Of a DNA stretch of 64,000 bases, positions 55,949-64,000 are shown piece by piece. The notes beneath the pieces were generated by a model. It ran no database searches. It saw only the letters and a list, made by a program, of their open reading frames with translations, and was not told the origin of the DNA. Every line of letters begins with the position of its first letter. The stretch's first letter is position 1. The stretch covers positions 732 through 64,731 of the forward strand of contig JAZRCL010000073.1 of the NCBI GenBank assembly GCA_045659745.1, given 5' to 3'. Both the position numbers and the translations under genes were made by a program. Origin of the DNA: Eubacteriales bacterium (GTDB taxonomy: Bacteria > Bacillota > Clostridia > Oscillospirales > CAG-272).

Positions 55949-57622
55949 ATGAAAACGGATATAGAAATTGCAAGAGAAGCCAAAATGCTCCCCATAAAAG
56001 AGGTTGCAGCTACCGTTGGTATCTGCGAGGACGACCTTGAGCTTTACGGAAAATATAAGGCGAAAATAAGCAACGAGTTTATGAATAAGGTTTCCTCAAA
56101 TCCCGACGGAAAGCTTGTTCTTGTCACAGCTATAAACCCCACTCCCGCGGGCGAAGGTAAGACTACAACGAGCATTGGTCTGGGTATGGCAATGTCAAAG
56201 CTCGGCAAAAAGACTATGATAGCTCTCCGCGAGCCTTCTCTGGGCCCTGTTTTCGGTGTTAAGGGCGGCGCGGCAGGCGGCGGATATTCGCAGGTTCTGC
56301 CTATGGACGATATAAATCTTCACTTTACGGGAGATTTCCACGCTATCACGGCGGCGAACAATCTTCTCTGCGCAATAATTGACAACCATCTCCAGCAAGG
56401 AAATGTTCTTGGTATAGACGAGCGCAGAATCCTTTTCGGACGCGTCACGGATACCAACGACCGCGCACTCCGTAATATTATTGTAGGACTTGGCGGCAAG
56501 GTGAACGGCGTTCCCCGTGAGGATCATTTCCATATTACAGTTGCGTCCGAGGTTATGGCTATTCTCTGCCTTGCGGAAAATATTATAGACCTTAAGGAGA
56601 GACTTGGAAATATCCTTGTAGCATACAAGTACGACGGCTCGCCCGTATATTGCCGTGATCTTCAGGCTCACGGCGCTATGGCGGTTCTTCTCAAGGACGC
56701 TATACAGCCCAACCTTGTTCAGACTCTTGAAAATACACCCGCTATAATCCACGGCGGACCTTTTGCAAATATTGCTCACGGATGTAATAGCGTCAGAGCA
56801 ACAAAGCTCGCGCTTAAGATATCTGATTACACTATCACCGAGGCAGGCTTCGGCGCAGACCTCGGTGCTGAAAAGTTCCTTGACATCAAGTGCCGCAAGG
56901 CAGGACTTACTCCCTCTGCGGTGGTCATAGTAGCAACTATCCGCGCTCTTAAGTACAACGGCGGAGTTCCCAAGGCAGAGCTTAAGGCTGAAAATCTTGA
57001 GGCTCTCAAGCGTGGTTCTGTAAACCTTGAGGCTCATATCGATAACATTCACAAGTTCGGTCTTCCCGTTGTCGTAGCGATAAATCGCTTTGATACGGAT
57101 ACCGACGCGGAAATTGCCCTTCTTACCGAGATGTGCAGCTCCAAGGGCGTTGATCTTGCGCTTTCCGAGGTGTTTGCCAAGGGCGGTGACGGTGGAATTG
57201 AGCTTGCACAGGCTGTTATCAAGGCTTGCGAAAAGCCCTCTGACTTTAAGTTTATGTATAGCGACGATATGAGTGTCGTTGAGAAAATAGAGGCGGTTGC
57301 AAAGAATATTTACGGTGCTGACGGAGTTATTTTTGAATCCGCGGCAAAGAAGCAGCTTGACGAGATAATCAAGCTTGACGAGAAGTATTCAAAATACCCC
57401 GTTTGCTTCGCTAAGACGCAGTATTCCCTCTCCGACGATCCCACAAAGCTGGGTCGTCCCTCGGGCTTTAACATTACCGTACGCGAGGTCAAGCTCTCGG
57501 CGGGCGCGGGCTTTATAGTCGTGCTTACGGGCGCTATTATGACTATGCCCGGTCTTCCCAAGGCTCCTGCGGCGTACTCTATTGATATTGATGAAAACGG
57601 CGTTATAACAGGACTGTTCTGA
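55949..57622 (+). CDS. fhs: Formate--tetrahydrofolate ligase
   Basis: MKTDIEIA opening (ATG at 55949, with ggtga 5 nt upstream). [12 protein letters not shown]-loop. Confidence 0.9.
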   Translation: MKTDIEIAREAKMLPIKEVAATVGICEDDLELYGKYKAKISNEFMNKVSSNPDGKLVLVTAINPTPAGEGKTTTSIGLGMAMSKLGKKTMIALREPSLGPVFGVKGGAAGGGYSQVLPMDDINLHFTGDFHAITAANNLLCAIIDNHLQQGNVLGIDERRILFGRVTDTNDRALRNIIVGLGGKVNGVPREDHFHITVASEVMAILCLAENIIDLKERLGNILVAYKYDGSPVYCRDLQAHGAMAVLLKDAIQPNLVQTLENTPAIIHGGPFANIAHGCNSVRATKLALKISDYTITEAGFGADLGAEKFLDIKCRKAGLTPSAVVIVATIRALKYNGGVPKAELKAENLEALKRGSVNLEAHIDNIHKFGLPVVVAINRFDTDTDAEIALLTEMCSSKGVDLALSEVFAKGGDGGIELAQAVIKACEKPSDFKFMYSDDMSVVEKIEAVAKNIYGADGVIFESAAKKQLDEIIKLDEKYSKYPVCFAKTQYSLSDDPTKLGRPSGFNITVREVKLSAGAGFIVVLTGAIMTMPGLPKAPAAYSIDIDENGVITGLF

Positions 57623-57623
57623 T

Positions 57624-58082
57624 ATGAAATTCCCTTTTGTAATAAACACGGATAAGGTTGAGCTTACCGAAAATATCGGACGCGAGCTGGCAGAGTTAAT
57701 ACTGACGGATACAAGTGTCCCCCGATTCGTTGCTATGTACGGCGATCTTGGTGTTGGAAAAACGTCATTCGTTCGCGGATTTGCGTCAACGCTCTCCCCA
57801 AATGCTACCGTAAAATCTCCAACGTTTGCTCTTGTAAACGAATACAGGTGTATTGAAAATCCTTGTAAAATAAAGCGTATATGTCATTTTGATATGTATC
57901 GCATTACCGACGAGGACGATCTTTATTCTGTGGGCTTTTATGACTATCTGCGCTCCGATTCCCTTTGCATTGCGGAATGGTGCGAGATGATACCCTATGC
58001 TCTACCGAAATCTTACGTTAAAGTTGAAATAGAAAAGACCGATCTTGGCGACGGCAGAAAAATCACCGTTTCGCTTGTCTGA
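57624..58082 (+). CDS. tsaE: tRNA t6A37 biosynthesis ATPase TsaE
   Basis: GDLGVGKTSFVRG, SPTFALVNEY and HFDMYR. Confidence 0.85.
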   Translation: MKFPFVINTDKVELTENIGRELAELILTDTSVPRFVAMYGDLGVGKTSFVRGFASTLSPNATVKSPTFALVNEYRCIENPCKIKRICHFDMYRITDEDDLYSVGFYDYLRSDSLCIAEWCEMIPYALPKSYVKVEIEKTDLGDGRKITVSLV

Positions 58083-58099
58083 TCGGCAGAGGTTATTTA

Positions 58100-58795
58100 A
58101 TGAAAATTTTAGCGCTTGACAGCAGCGCCGCAGTATGCACGGCGGCTCTGTGCGACAATGAAAAGTTAATATGTGAGATCACTGTCAACACGGGCAATAC
58201 CCACAGCGAGACTCTGCTCCCCGTAGTTGAGCAGATACTCAAGCTTACAGATACAACTGTTGACGATATAGACTTGTTTGCTTGCAGTGTTGGTCCCGGC
58301 TCGTTTACGGGTGTACGTATCGGCGCGGCTACTATAAAAGGACTAGCCTTCGGTAAGAACAAGGCTTGTGTAGGTATCTCCACGCTTGATGCGCTTGCCG
58401 AGAATATCTCTATGTTTGACGGTATTCTCTGTCCCGTTATGGACGCGCGCCGTGATCACGTCTACAATGCGCTTTACGAATGCTCGGGCGGTGTTATCAC
58501 CCGTCTGTGCCCCGATCGCCTTATATCCGTAAGTGAGCTTGACGAAGAGCTTGCATCACTTGGCAAAAAGATTTATCTTTCGGGTGACGGATATGGCATT
58601 TGCGAGCGAGAGTTTGTAAAGACGAAAGTTGAAGCAGTTCCCGAAAGACTCAAGCTTGAGAGCGGATACAGCACGGCAATGTGCGCACTTAAAAAGTACA
58701 ATAACGGCGAGTTTGTGAGCGATTTTGAGCTTGCTCCCGTGTATCTCCGTCCCTCGCAGGCGGAGCGAGAAAGAAACGAAAAACTGAAAGGTTGA
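58100..58795 (+). CDS. tsaB: tRNA t6A37 biosynthesis protein TsaB
   Basis: MKILALDSS and GPGSFTGVRIG. Confidence 0.85.
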   Translation: MKILALDSSAAVCTAALCDNEKLICEITVNTGNTHSETLLPVVEQILKLTDTTVDDIDLFACSVGPGSFTGVRIGAATIKGLAFGKNKACVGISTLDALAENISMFDGILCPVMDARRDHVYNALYECSGGVITRLCPDRLISVSELDEELASLGKKIYLSGDGYGICEREFVKTKVEAVPERLKLESGYSTAMCALKKYNNGEFVSDFELAPVYLRPSQAERERNEKLKG

Positions 58796-58802
58796 TATAA
58801 AA

Positions 58803-59258
58803 ATGGCAGCAAAGAAGATTATAATGGGCTCTGACCACGCAGGTCTCTCCCTTAAATTAAAGGTAATTGAGCATTTGAACGAGCGCGGTATTGAGGTAAT
58901 AGACGTTGGAACTTATACTACCGAGTCTTGCAGCTACCCCGATTACGCGATAGCTCTCTGCAAAAAGATTCAGGCGGGTGAGGCAGAGCTTGGAATACTT
59001 GTCTGTGGCACGGGTATCGGAATGTCCATGGCTGCGAACAAGCACAACGGAATCCGCGCGGCTTGCTGCTCGGACACTTTCTCAGCACGAATGACAAGAA
59101 TGCACAACAACGCAAACGTTCTCTGCTTTGGCGAGCGTGTCGTTGGCGCAGGACTTGCCTGCGACCTTGCGGATATCTTTGTTGACACAGAGTATCTTGG
59201 CGGACGACATGAGGTGCGAGTGCAGATGCTCGCTGAAATTGAAAAGACAAACAGATAA
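58803..59258 (+). CDS. rpiB: Ribose-5-phosphate isomerase B
   Basis: GSDHAG, LVCGTGIGMSMAANK and GGRH. Confidence 0.9.
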   Translation: MAAKKIIMGSDHAGLSLKLKVIEHLNERGIEVIDVGTYTTESCSYPDYAIALCKKIQAGEAELGILVCGTGIGMSMAANKHNGIRAACCSDTFSARMTRMHNNANVLCFGERVVGAGLACDLADIFVDTEYLGGRHEVRVQMLAEIEKTNR

Positions 59259-59282
59259 TCTAACCTTTGAGGAGATAAAAAT

Positions 59283-60056
59283 ATGTCCGAAAGAAAAGAT
59301 ACGCCGCACAAGATAGCAAACGTTTTGCGCGCTATCACAGGAAAAGAATATCCGAGAAAATTCACCTCGGCTATAATTTTGGCGGCAGGCTCGTCCACCC
59401 GTATGGGCGGAGATTCCACAAAGCAGTTTCTGGAGCTTGAGGGAATGCCGATAGTTGCAAGAACGGTTATGGCGTTTGAAGCTGCCGAATGTATAAATGA
59501 AATAATTCTCGTTGCAAAGGCAGACGAGCTCTCTCTATATGCCGATTTTCCTGAAAAATATGGCATAACAAAGCCCTTCTCTGTTATAGAGGGCGGCGAG
59601 ACCCGTCAGGAGTCTGCTAGATGTGGACAGGATGCTGTATCTAAAAAGTCAAAATACGTTTGTATTCACGATGCGGCGAGATGCCTTATTACTCCCGAGC
59701 TTATAGTTGACGTGTGCCGTGGCGCATATCTGTACGGCGCGGCAACGCTTGCTATAAAGGCGGTTGACACGGTAAAGATAAGCGACAAAAACAAATATAT
59801 CGACTCTACTCCCGAGCGCAAATTCACTTATCAGGCTCAGACTCCTCAGGTGTTCCCTGTTAATGCTTATCGCGCAGCGGCATACGTTGCCAAGGAGGAA
59901 GATTTTGAGGCTACCGACGACTGTATGCTGCTTGAGCATATAAGAATTCCTATAAAGCTTATTGAAGGCTCTCGCGAAAACATCAAGATAACCGAGCCTG
60001 TTGATATGATATTTGCAAAGGCTATTCTTCAGTCAAGAAAAGAGGAAACAAAATGA
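59283..60056 (+). CDS. ispD: 2-C-methyl-D-erythritol 4-phosphate cytidylyltransferase, with a 25-aa N-terminal extension
   Basis: [13 protein letters not shown] and IHDAARC. Confidence 0.85.
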   Translation: MSERKDTPHKIANVLRAITGKEYPRKFTSAIILAAGSSTRMGGDSTKQFLELEGMPIVARTVMAFEAAECINEIILVAKADELSLYADFPEKYGITKPFSVIEGGETRQESARCGQDAVSKKSKYVCIHDAARCLITPELIVDVCRGAYLYGAATLAIKAVDTVKISDKNKYIDSTPERKFTYQAQTPQVFPVNAYRAAAYVAKEEDFEATDDCMLLEHIRIPIKLIEGSRENIKITEPVDMIFAKAILQSRKEETK

Positions 60057-60526
60057 GAATAGGTCACGGATATGACGTTCACAGACTCGTCCCCGGCAGA
60101 AAATGTATAATCGGTGGTGTAGATATTCCGAATGATTTGGGGCTTCTCGGTCACTCTGATGCGGACGTTCTTACTCACGCGATAATGGATTCACTTCTCG
60201 GCGCGGCGGCTCTTGGAGACATTGGCAAGCTTTTTCCCGACAACTCTCCTGAATACGAGGGTGCGGACAGTCTTGTGCTTGCTCGCAGAGTTGCAGACAA
60301 GCTACGCGAGTGTGGATACAAGATAGTAAATATTGATTCAACGGTTATAGCGCAAGCGCCAAAGCTCTCCCCTCACATTGATATGATGAGGGAAAAGCTG
60401 GCAGATGCGCTTGGCACAGACAAGGAAAATATTAGCGTCAAGGCTACTACCGAGGAAAAGCTTGGCTTTACGGGACAAGGCCTCGGTATTGCCGCCCACG
60501 CAGTTTGTCTGATCCAAAAGCTGTAA
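60053..60526 (+). CDS. ispF: 2-C-methyl-D-erythritol 2,4-cyclodiphosphate synthase
   Basis: [20 protein letters not shown] and IAQAPK. ATGA overlap with ispD. Confidence 0.9.
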   Translation: MRIGHGYDVHRLVPGRKCIIGGVDIPNDLGLLGHSDADVLTHAIMDSLLGAAALGDIGKLFPDNSPEYEGADSLVLARRVADKLRECGYKIVNIDSTVIAQAPKLSPHIDMMREKLADALGTDKENISVKATTEEKLGFTGQGLGIAAHAVCLIQKL

Positions 60527-60691
60527 GATATGTTATCACCGTCTCCCAAGACTTATTTACCCTCACATTCTGTCTTTTGAACGTCTCGGACTTAGGCGGC
60601 GGCGTTGCCTTACAATACATTGTATGACGAATTTCTACTTTATTCTACAAATTTCGATATCCCCCAACCCACATAAGAAAGGCGGTTTATT

Positions 60692-61363
60692 ATGATCTAC
60701 ATAGCTCCCTCACTTCTTTCGGCGGATTTTTCTACTCTTAATACGGAAATTAAAAGAGTCAGAGACGCAGGAGCAAAATATCTTCATCTTGACGTAATGG
60801 ACGGCGCGTTTGTGCCTAATATCACGTTTGGCCCTGACGTTATAGCTTGTATTCGTAAGGGTACGGACATGTTTTTTGACGTGCATCTTATGATAAAGCG
60901 TCCCGAACGATACATAGACCGCTTTGTTAAGGCAGGCGCGGACAGTATAACCATTCACTACGAGGCTTGTGAGAATCCTATGTCGGTCATAAATCTTATA
61001 CGCTCGTATGAAATGAAGGTCGGCGTGGCTATCTCCCCCAATACTCCCGTTGAATATCTCTACCCTCTTGTTGAGTACATAGATATGGCGCTTATTATGA
61101 CGGTTGAGCCCGGATTTGGCGGTCAGTCGCTTATACCCGAGACGCTTGACAAGGTACACGCGCTCAAAAAGTATATCTCCGAGCGCGGAATTGACATTGA
61201 TATCGAGGTGGATGGCGGCATAAAGCCTGAAAATATCGGACTTGTCACAAGCGCGGGCGCGAATATTATCGTCGCAGGCTCGGCGATATTCAAGTCCAAA
61301 AAGCCCAGAGCCACAATTCAGGCTATGAAGGAATCCGCGGCAGAAAACCCGTATAAGGGATAA
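60692..61363 (+). CDS. rpe: Ribulose-phosphate 3-epimerase
   Basis: PSLLSADF, HLDVMDG, FDVHLM and VEPGFGGQ. Confidence 0.9.
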   Translation: MIYIAPSLLSADFSTLNTEIKRVRDAGAKYLHLDVMDGAFVPNITFGPDVIACIRKGTDMFFDVHLMIKRPERYIDRFVKAGADSITIHYEACENPMSVINLIRSYEMKVGVAISPNTPVEYLYPLVEYIDMALIMTVEPGFGGQSLIPETLDKVHALKKYISERGIDIDIEVDGGIKPENIGLVTSAGANIIVAGSAIFKSKKPRATIQAMKESAAENPYKG

Positions 61364-61375
61364 TTCATCAAACAT

Positions 61376-61408
61376 AAAAAAGGCTATTGCGATTGCAATA
61401 GCCTTTTA
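61376..61408. terminator. Bidirectional rho-independent terminator
   Basis: aggctattgc / gcaatagcct stem with flanking A and T runs, between the convergent rpe and alaS. Confidence 0.85.
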
Positions 61409-61415
61409 GTTTTAA

Positions 61416-64000
61416 TTATTTAAGCATACCCTCAAGTGTTGCTTTTGCGCTTGCGAGAGCGTCGTTTATCTTGGAGTGATCTGCGCCTCCTGCCATAGCA
61501 GAGTCGGGGCGTCCGCCGCCCTTACCGCCTGTAACGGAAGCAACTGCTCCTACGAGCTTACCTGCGTGCGCGCCTCTGGCAACTGCATCCTTACCTGCAA
61601 CTGCGATAAAGTTGAGCCTGCCGTTTGCCTTGACTGCGATTACTGCAACTGTGTCGGGACAGTCTGCCTTTATCTTGTCCGTGAGGCTTCTTGCCGCGTC
61701 TATCTCCATATCAAGAGAGGTAGCTACAAGCTTTACAGAACCAACAGATACTGCGCTTGCGAGCACGTCACCGAGCTTGGAGCCTGCGAGCTTGGAGTTG
61801 AGAGCCTCAATCTCCTTTTTCATAGCGGATATCTCGCTCTGAAGTGCGCTTGCCTTCTTTGCGATATCCGCAGGGTTCTGAACCTTGAGCTCGGATGCGG
61901 TCTCATGAATGAGTGCGTCCTTGTTTGCTATGAGATTAAGTACGCCAAGTCCTGTAACTGCTTCTATACGGCGAACACCCGCCGCAACGCTGGATTCGGA
62001 GATTATCTTGAACAGACCAATTTTGCCTGTATTATTACAGTGTGTACCGCCGCAAAGCTCTGTTGAGAAGTTGCCCATCTTGACCATACGGACTACTGCG
62101 CCGTACTTCTCTCCAAAGAGTGCCATAGCGCCGTTTGCTCTTGCGGTCTCAATATCAGTCTCAAGTGTAGTTATATCGTAAGCCGCGAGAATGTTTATAT
62201 TAACGAGAGCCTCGACCTTTGCTATCTCTTCTTTGGTGAGGCCTGCAAAGTGAGTAAAGTCAAATCTGCATACCTGGTCGTCTACGTAAGAGCCTGCCTG
62301 CTCAACGTGGTTGCCGAGCACTGCGCGGAGAGCCGCCTGAAGCAAGTGAGCCGCAGAGTGATTGCGCGCTATTGCCATACGTCTTGCGTCCTCAATGTCG
62401 GCGGTGACTGTGTCACCAACCTTGAGTGTGCCGTTTGCAACTGTACAGAGGTGGATGTAAACTCCGTCAGTTTTCTTTGTATCATATACGTTTGCGATAA
62501 ATCCGTCGCAGTAGATAGTACCTGTGTCTCCTATCTGTCCGCCGCCCTCACCGTAGAAGGGGGTGCGGTCAAGGATTATCGAGCAATCGCCATCGGAGAT
62601 GGAGTCAACTATTCCCTCCTCGCCCATGATAGCGATAACCTTTGCCGTGCTGCGAAGCTCGGTATAACCCGTGAATTCGGTCTTTTCAAGATCGGAGAGA
62701 ATAGACTTTGAGGACTCATCCCATCCGCCTATATTTGCTCTTGCCTCTCTTGCGCGGGTCTTCTGCTGCTTCATAAGCTCAAGGAACTTAGCCTCGTCGA
62801 TCTTAAGATTGCTTTCAGCAGCGATTTCACGAGTGAGGTCTATCGGGAATCCAAACGTATCGTAGAGCTTGAATACCTCATCGCCCGAGATAACGTCGGA
62901 ATTGTTTGCGATAGCGCCGCGGATAAGGTCAGAAAGAATGGAAAGTCCTGCGTCAACGGTTGCGTCAAAGCGGTCCTCCTCCATAGAGATGACCTTGAGT
63001 ATATAGTCGCGCTTTTCACTGAGCTCGGGATAAGCGTCACAGCTTTCGTTTATTGCTACGGTCACGGTATCAACAAGGAAAGGATGGTTTATTCCAAGCA
63101 GCTTTCCGTGACGGCAAGCGCGGCGGATAATACGGCGGAGAACGTAGCCTCTTCCCTCGTTTGAAGGAATAACGCCGTCGCTTATCATAAACATTGCGCT
63201 TCTGGAGTGGTCGGTCACAACTCGGATAGAAATGTCGTTGTCTGCGTTGTCGCCGTATCTCTTGCCTGCTATCTCGCAGGTCTTGTCTATTACCTTGCGG
63301 ATAGAGTCAACCTCGAACATGTTGTCAACTCCCTGCATTACGCAAGCAAGTCTTTCAAGTCCCATACCCGTATCGATATTCTTCTGAGCAAGCTCGGTGT
63401 AGTTGCCATGGCCGTCGTTGTGGAACTGCGAGAATACTTTATTCCAAATTTCCATAAATCTGTCGCAGTCACAGCCGGGCTTGCAGTCGGGAGAGCCGCA
63501 ACCGTACTTGAGTCCGCGGTCAAAGTATATCTCAGAGCAAGGACCGCAAGGGCCGCTTCCGTGCTCCCAGAAGTTGTCTGCCTTACCGAGACGAACTACG
63601 TGCGCGGGGTCAACGCCTATTTTATTTACCCAAATTTCGTATGCTTCCTCGTCGTTCTCGTAAATCGAAGGCCAAAGAAGGTCTGTGGGGATTTCAAGAG
63701 TTTCTGTGAGGAATTCCCAAGCCCACGGAATAGCCTCCTCCTTAAAGTAGTCGCCAAACGAGAAGTTTCCGAGCATCTCGAAGAACGTGCCGTGACGTGC
63801 GGTGTGCCCTACGCGTTCAAGGTCGGGGGTACGGATGCACTTCTGACACGTGGTCACGCGGTTGCGCGGAGGCTCAACCTCGCCTGTGAAGAACTTTTTC
63901 ATAGGCGCCATTCCCGAGTTTATAAGAAGGAGCGATTTGTCGCCCTGAGGTACGAGAGGATATGAAGGGAGACGAAGATGTCCCTTGGATTCAAAGAATG
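61416..64000 (-). CDS. alaS: Alanine--tRNA ligase; the N-terminal roughly 30-40 codons lie beyond the window
   Basis: The frame stays open to position 64000, reading FFESKGHLRLPSYPLVPQGDKSLLLINSGMAPMKKFF. The Met at 63911 is therefore internal. HSAAHLL editing motif and C-terminal DHHA1 region. Confidence 0.9.
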   Translation of the reverse strand, partial: FFESKGHLRLPSYPLVPQGDKSLLLINSGMAPMKKFFTGEVEPPRNRVTTCQKCIRTPDLERVGHTARHGTFFEMLGNFSFGDYFKEEAIPWAWEFLTETLEIPTDLLWPSIYENDEEAYEIWVNKIGVDPAHVVRLGKADNFWEHGSGPCGPCSEIYFDRGLKYGCGSPDCKPGCDCDRFMEIWNKVFSQFHNDGHGNYTELAQKNIDTGMGLERLACVMQGVDNMFEVDSIRKVIDKTCEIAGKRYGDNADNDISIRVVTDHSRSAMFMISDGVIPSNEGRGYVLRRIIRRACRHGKLLGINHPFLVDTVTVAINESCDAYPELSEKRDYILKVISMEEDRFDATVDAGLSILSDLIRGAIANNSDVISGDEVFKLYDTFGFPIDLTREIAAESNLKIDEAKFLELMKQQKTRAREARANIGGWDESSKSILSDLEKTEFTGYTELRSTAKVIAIMGEEGIVDSISDGDCSIILDRTPFYGEGGGQIGDTGTIYCDGFIANVYDTKKTDGVYIHLCTVANGTLKVGDTVTADIEDARRMAIARNHSAAHLLQAALRAVLGNHVEQAGSYVDDQVCRFDFTHFAGLTKEEIAKVEALVNINILAAYDITTLETDIETARANGAMALFGEKYGAVVRMVKMGNFSTELCGGTHCNNTGKIGLFKIISESSVAAGVRRIEAVTGLGVLNLIANKDALIHETASELKVQNPADIAKKASALQSEISAMKKEIEALNSKLAGSKLGDVLASAVSVGSVKLVATSLDMEIDAARSLTDKIKADCPDTVAVIAVKANGRLNFIAVAGKDAVARGAHAGKLVGAVASVTGGKGGGRPDSAMAGGADHSKINDALASAKATLEGMLK

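Noticed and set aside
60527-60691. The 165-nt gap between ispF and rpe was inspected for a riboswitch, tRNA or small ORF. It contains the palindrome tacaat-ac-attgta.
   Set aside because: There is no recognisable conserved RNA motif or RBS-led ORF. A 6-bp palindrome alone is weak evidence for an operator.
1-64000. Whole-window search for rRNA, tRNA, CRISPR arrays, IS elements, integrases, toxin-antitoxin pairs or known defence genes.
   Set aside because: I recognised none by eye. The GC-rich inverted repeats all sit at gene ends with T-tracts, so they are terminators. They do not share a common sequence, so they are not REP or MITE families.

Overview
Dense, mostly housekeeping chromosome segment from a spore-forming Firmicute. 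It is Clostridia-like; Oscillospiraceae/Ruminococcaceae is only a guess from gene content and codon style. I support about 62 protein genes, many hairpin terminators and several near-consensus promoters. I recognised no rRNA, tRNA, CRISPR array, transposase or integrase. Recognisable genes include sporulation functions (spoIIID, dpaA/dpaB, pdaA-like deacetylases, whiA), replication and topology (dnaE, a divergent ParC/GyrA-like subunit) and translation (prfA, alaS partial, rlmB, tsaC/tsaE/tsaB). Cell-wall genes (murB, PBP1A, an SLT lytic transglycosylase) are also present. Metabolic genes include MEP-pathway ispE and ispD-ispF interleaved with rpiB and rpe, plus fhs, prs, coaE, hslO and comEC. 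The most unusual locus is a 1133-aa gene (12909-16310). It fuses a hyper-acidic N-terminus carrying nine 16-aa tandem repeats (DVDDNLTFGDLDDEEE) to a membrane core laid out like a P1B-type ATPase. Every catalytic motif I can place by eye in that core is replaced. Other leads are listed here. (1) A 23-cysteine orphan protein sits behind a mother-cell-sigma-like promoter. (2) A divergent 59-bp duplicate of the hslO 3' end brackets an AT-rich mini-cassette. (3) A VTC/DUF4956 pair lies without cotH. (4) A split TIGR03960/TIGR03936 radical-SAM pair is present. (5) Two tiny membrane proteins follow the topoisomerase gene. (6) An SDR and the ComEC MBL domain look degenerate. All family calls come from reading motifs by eye; no searches were run.
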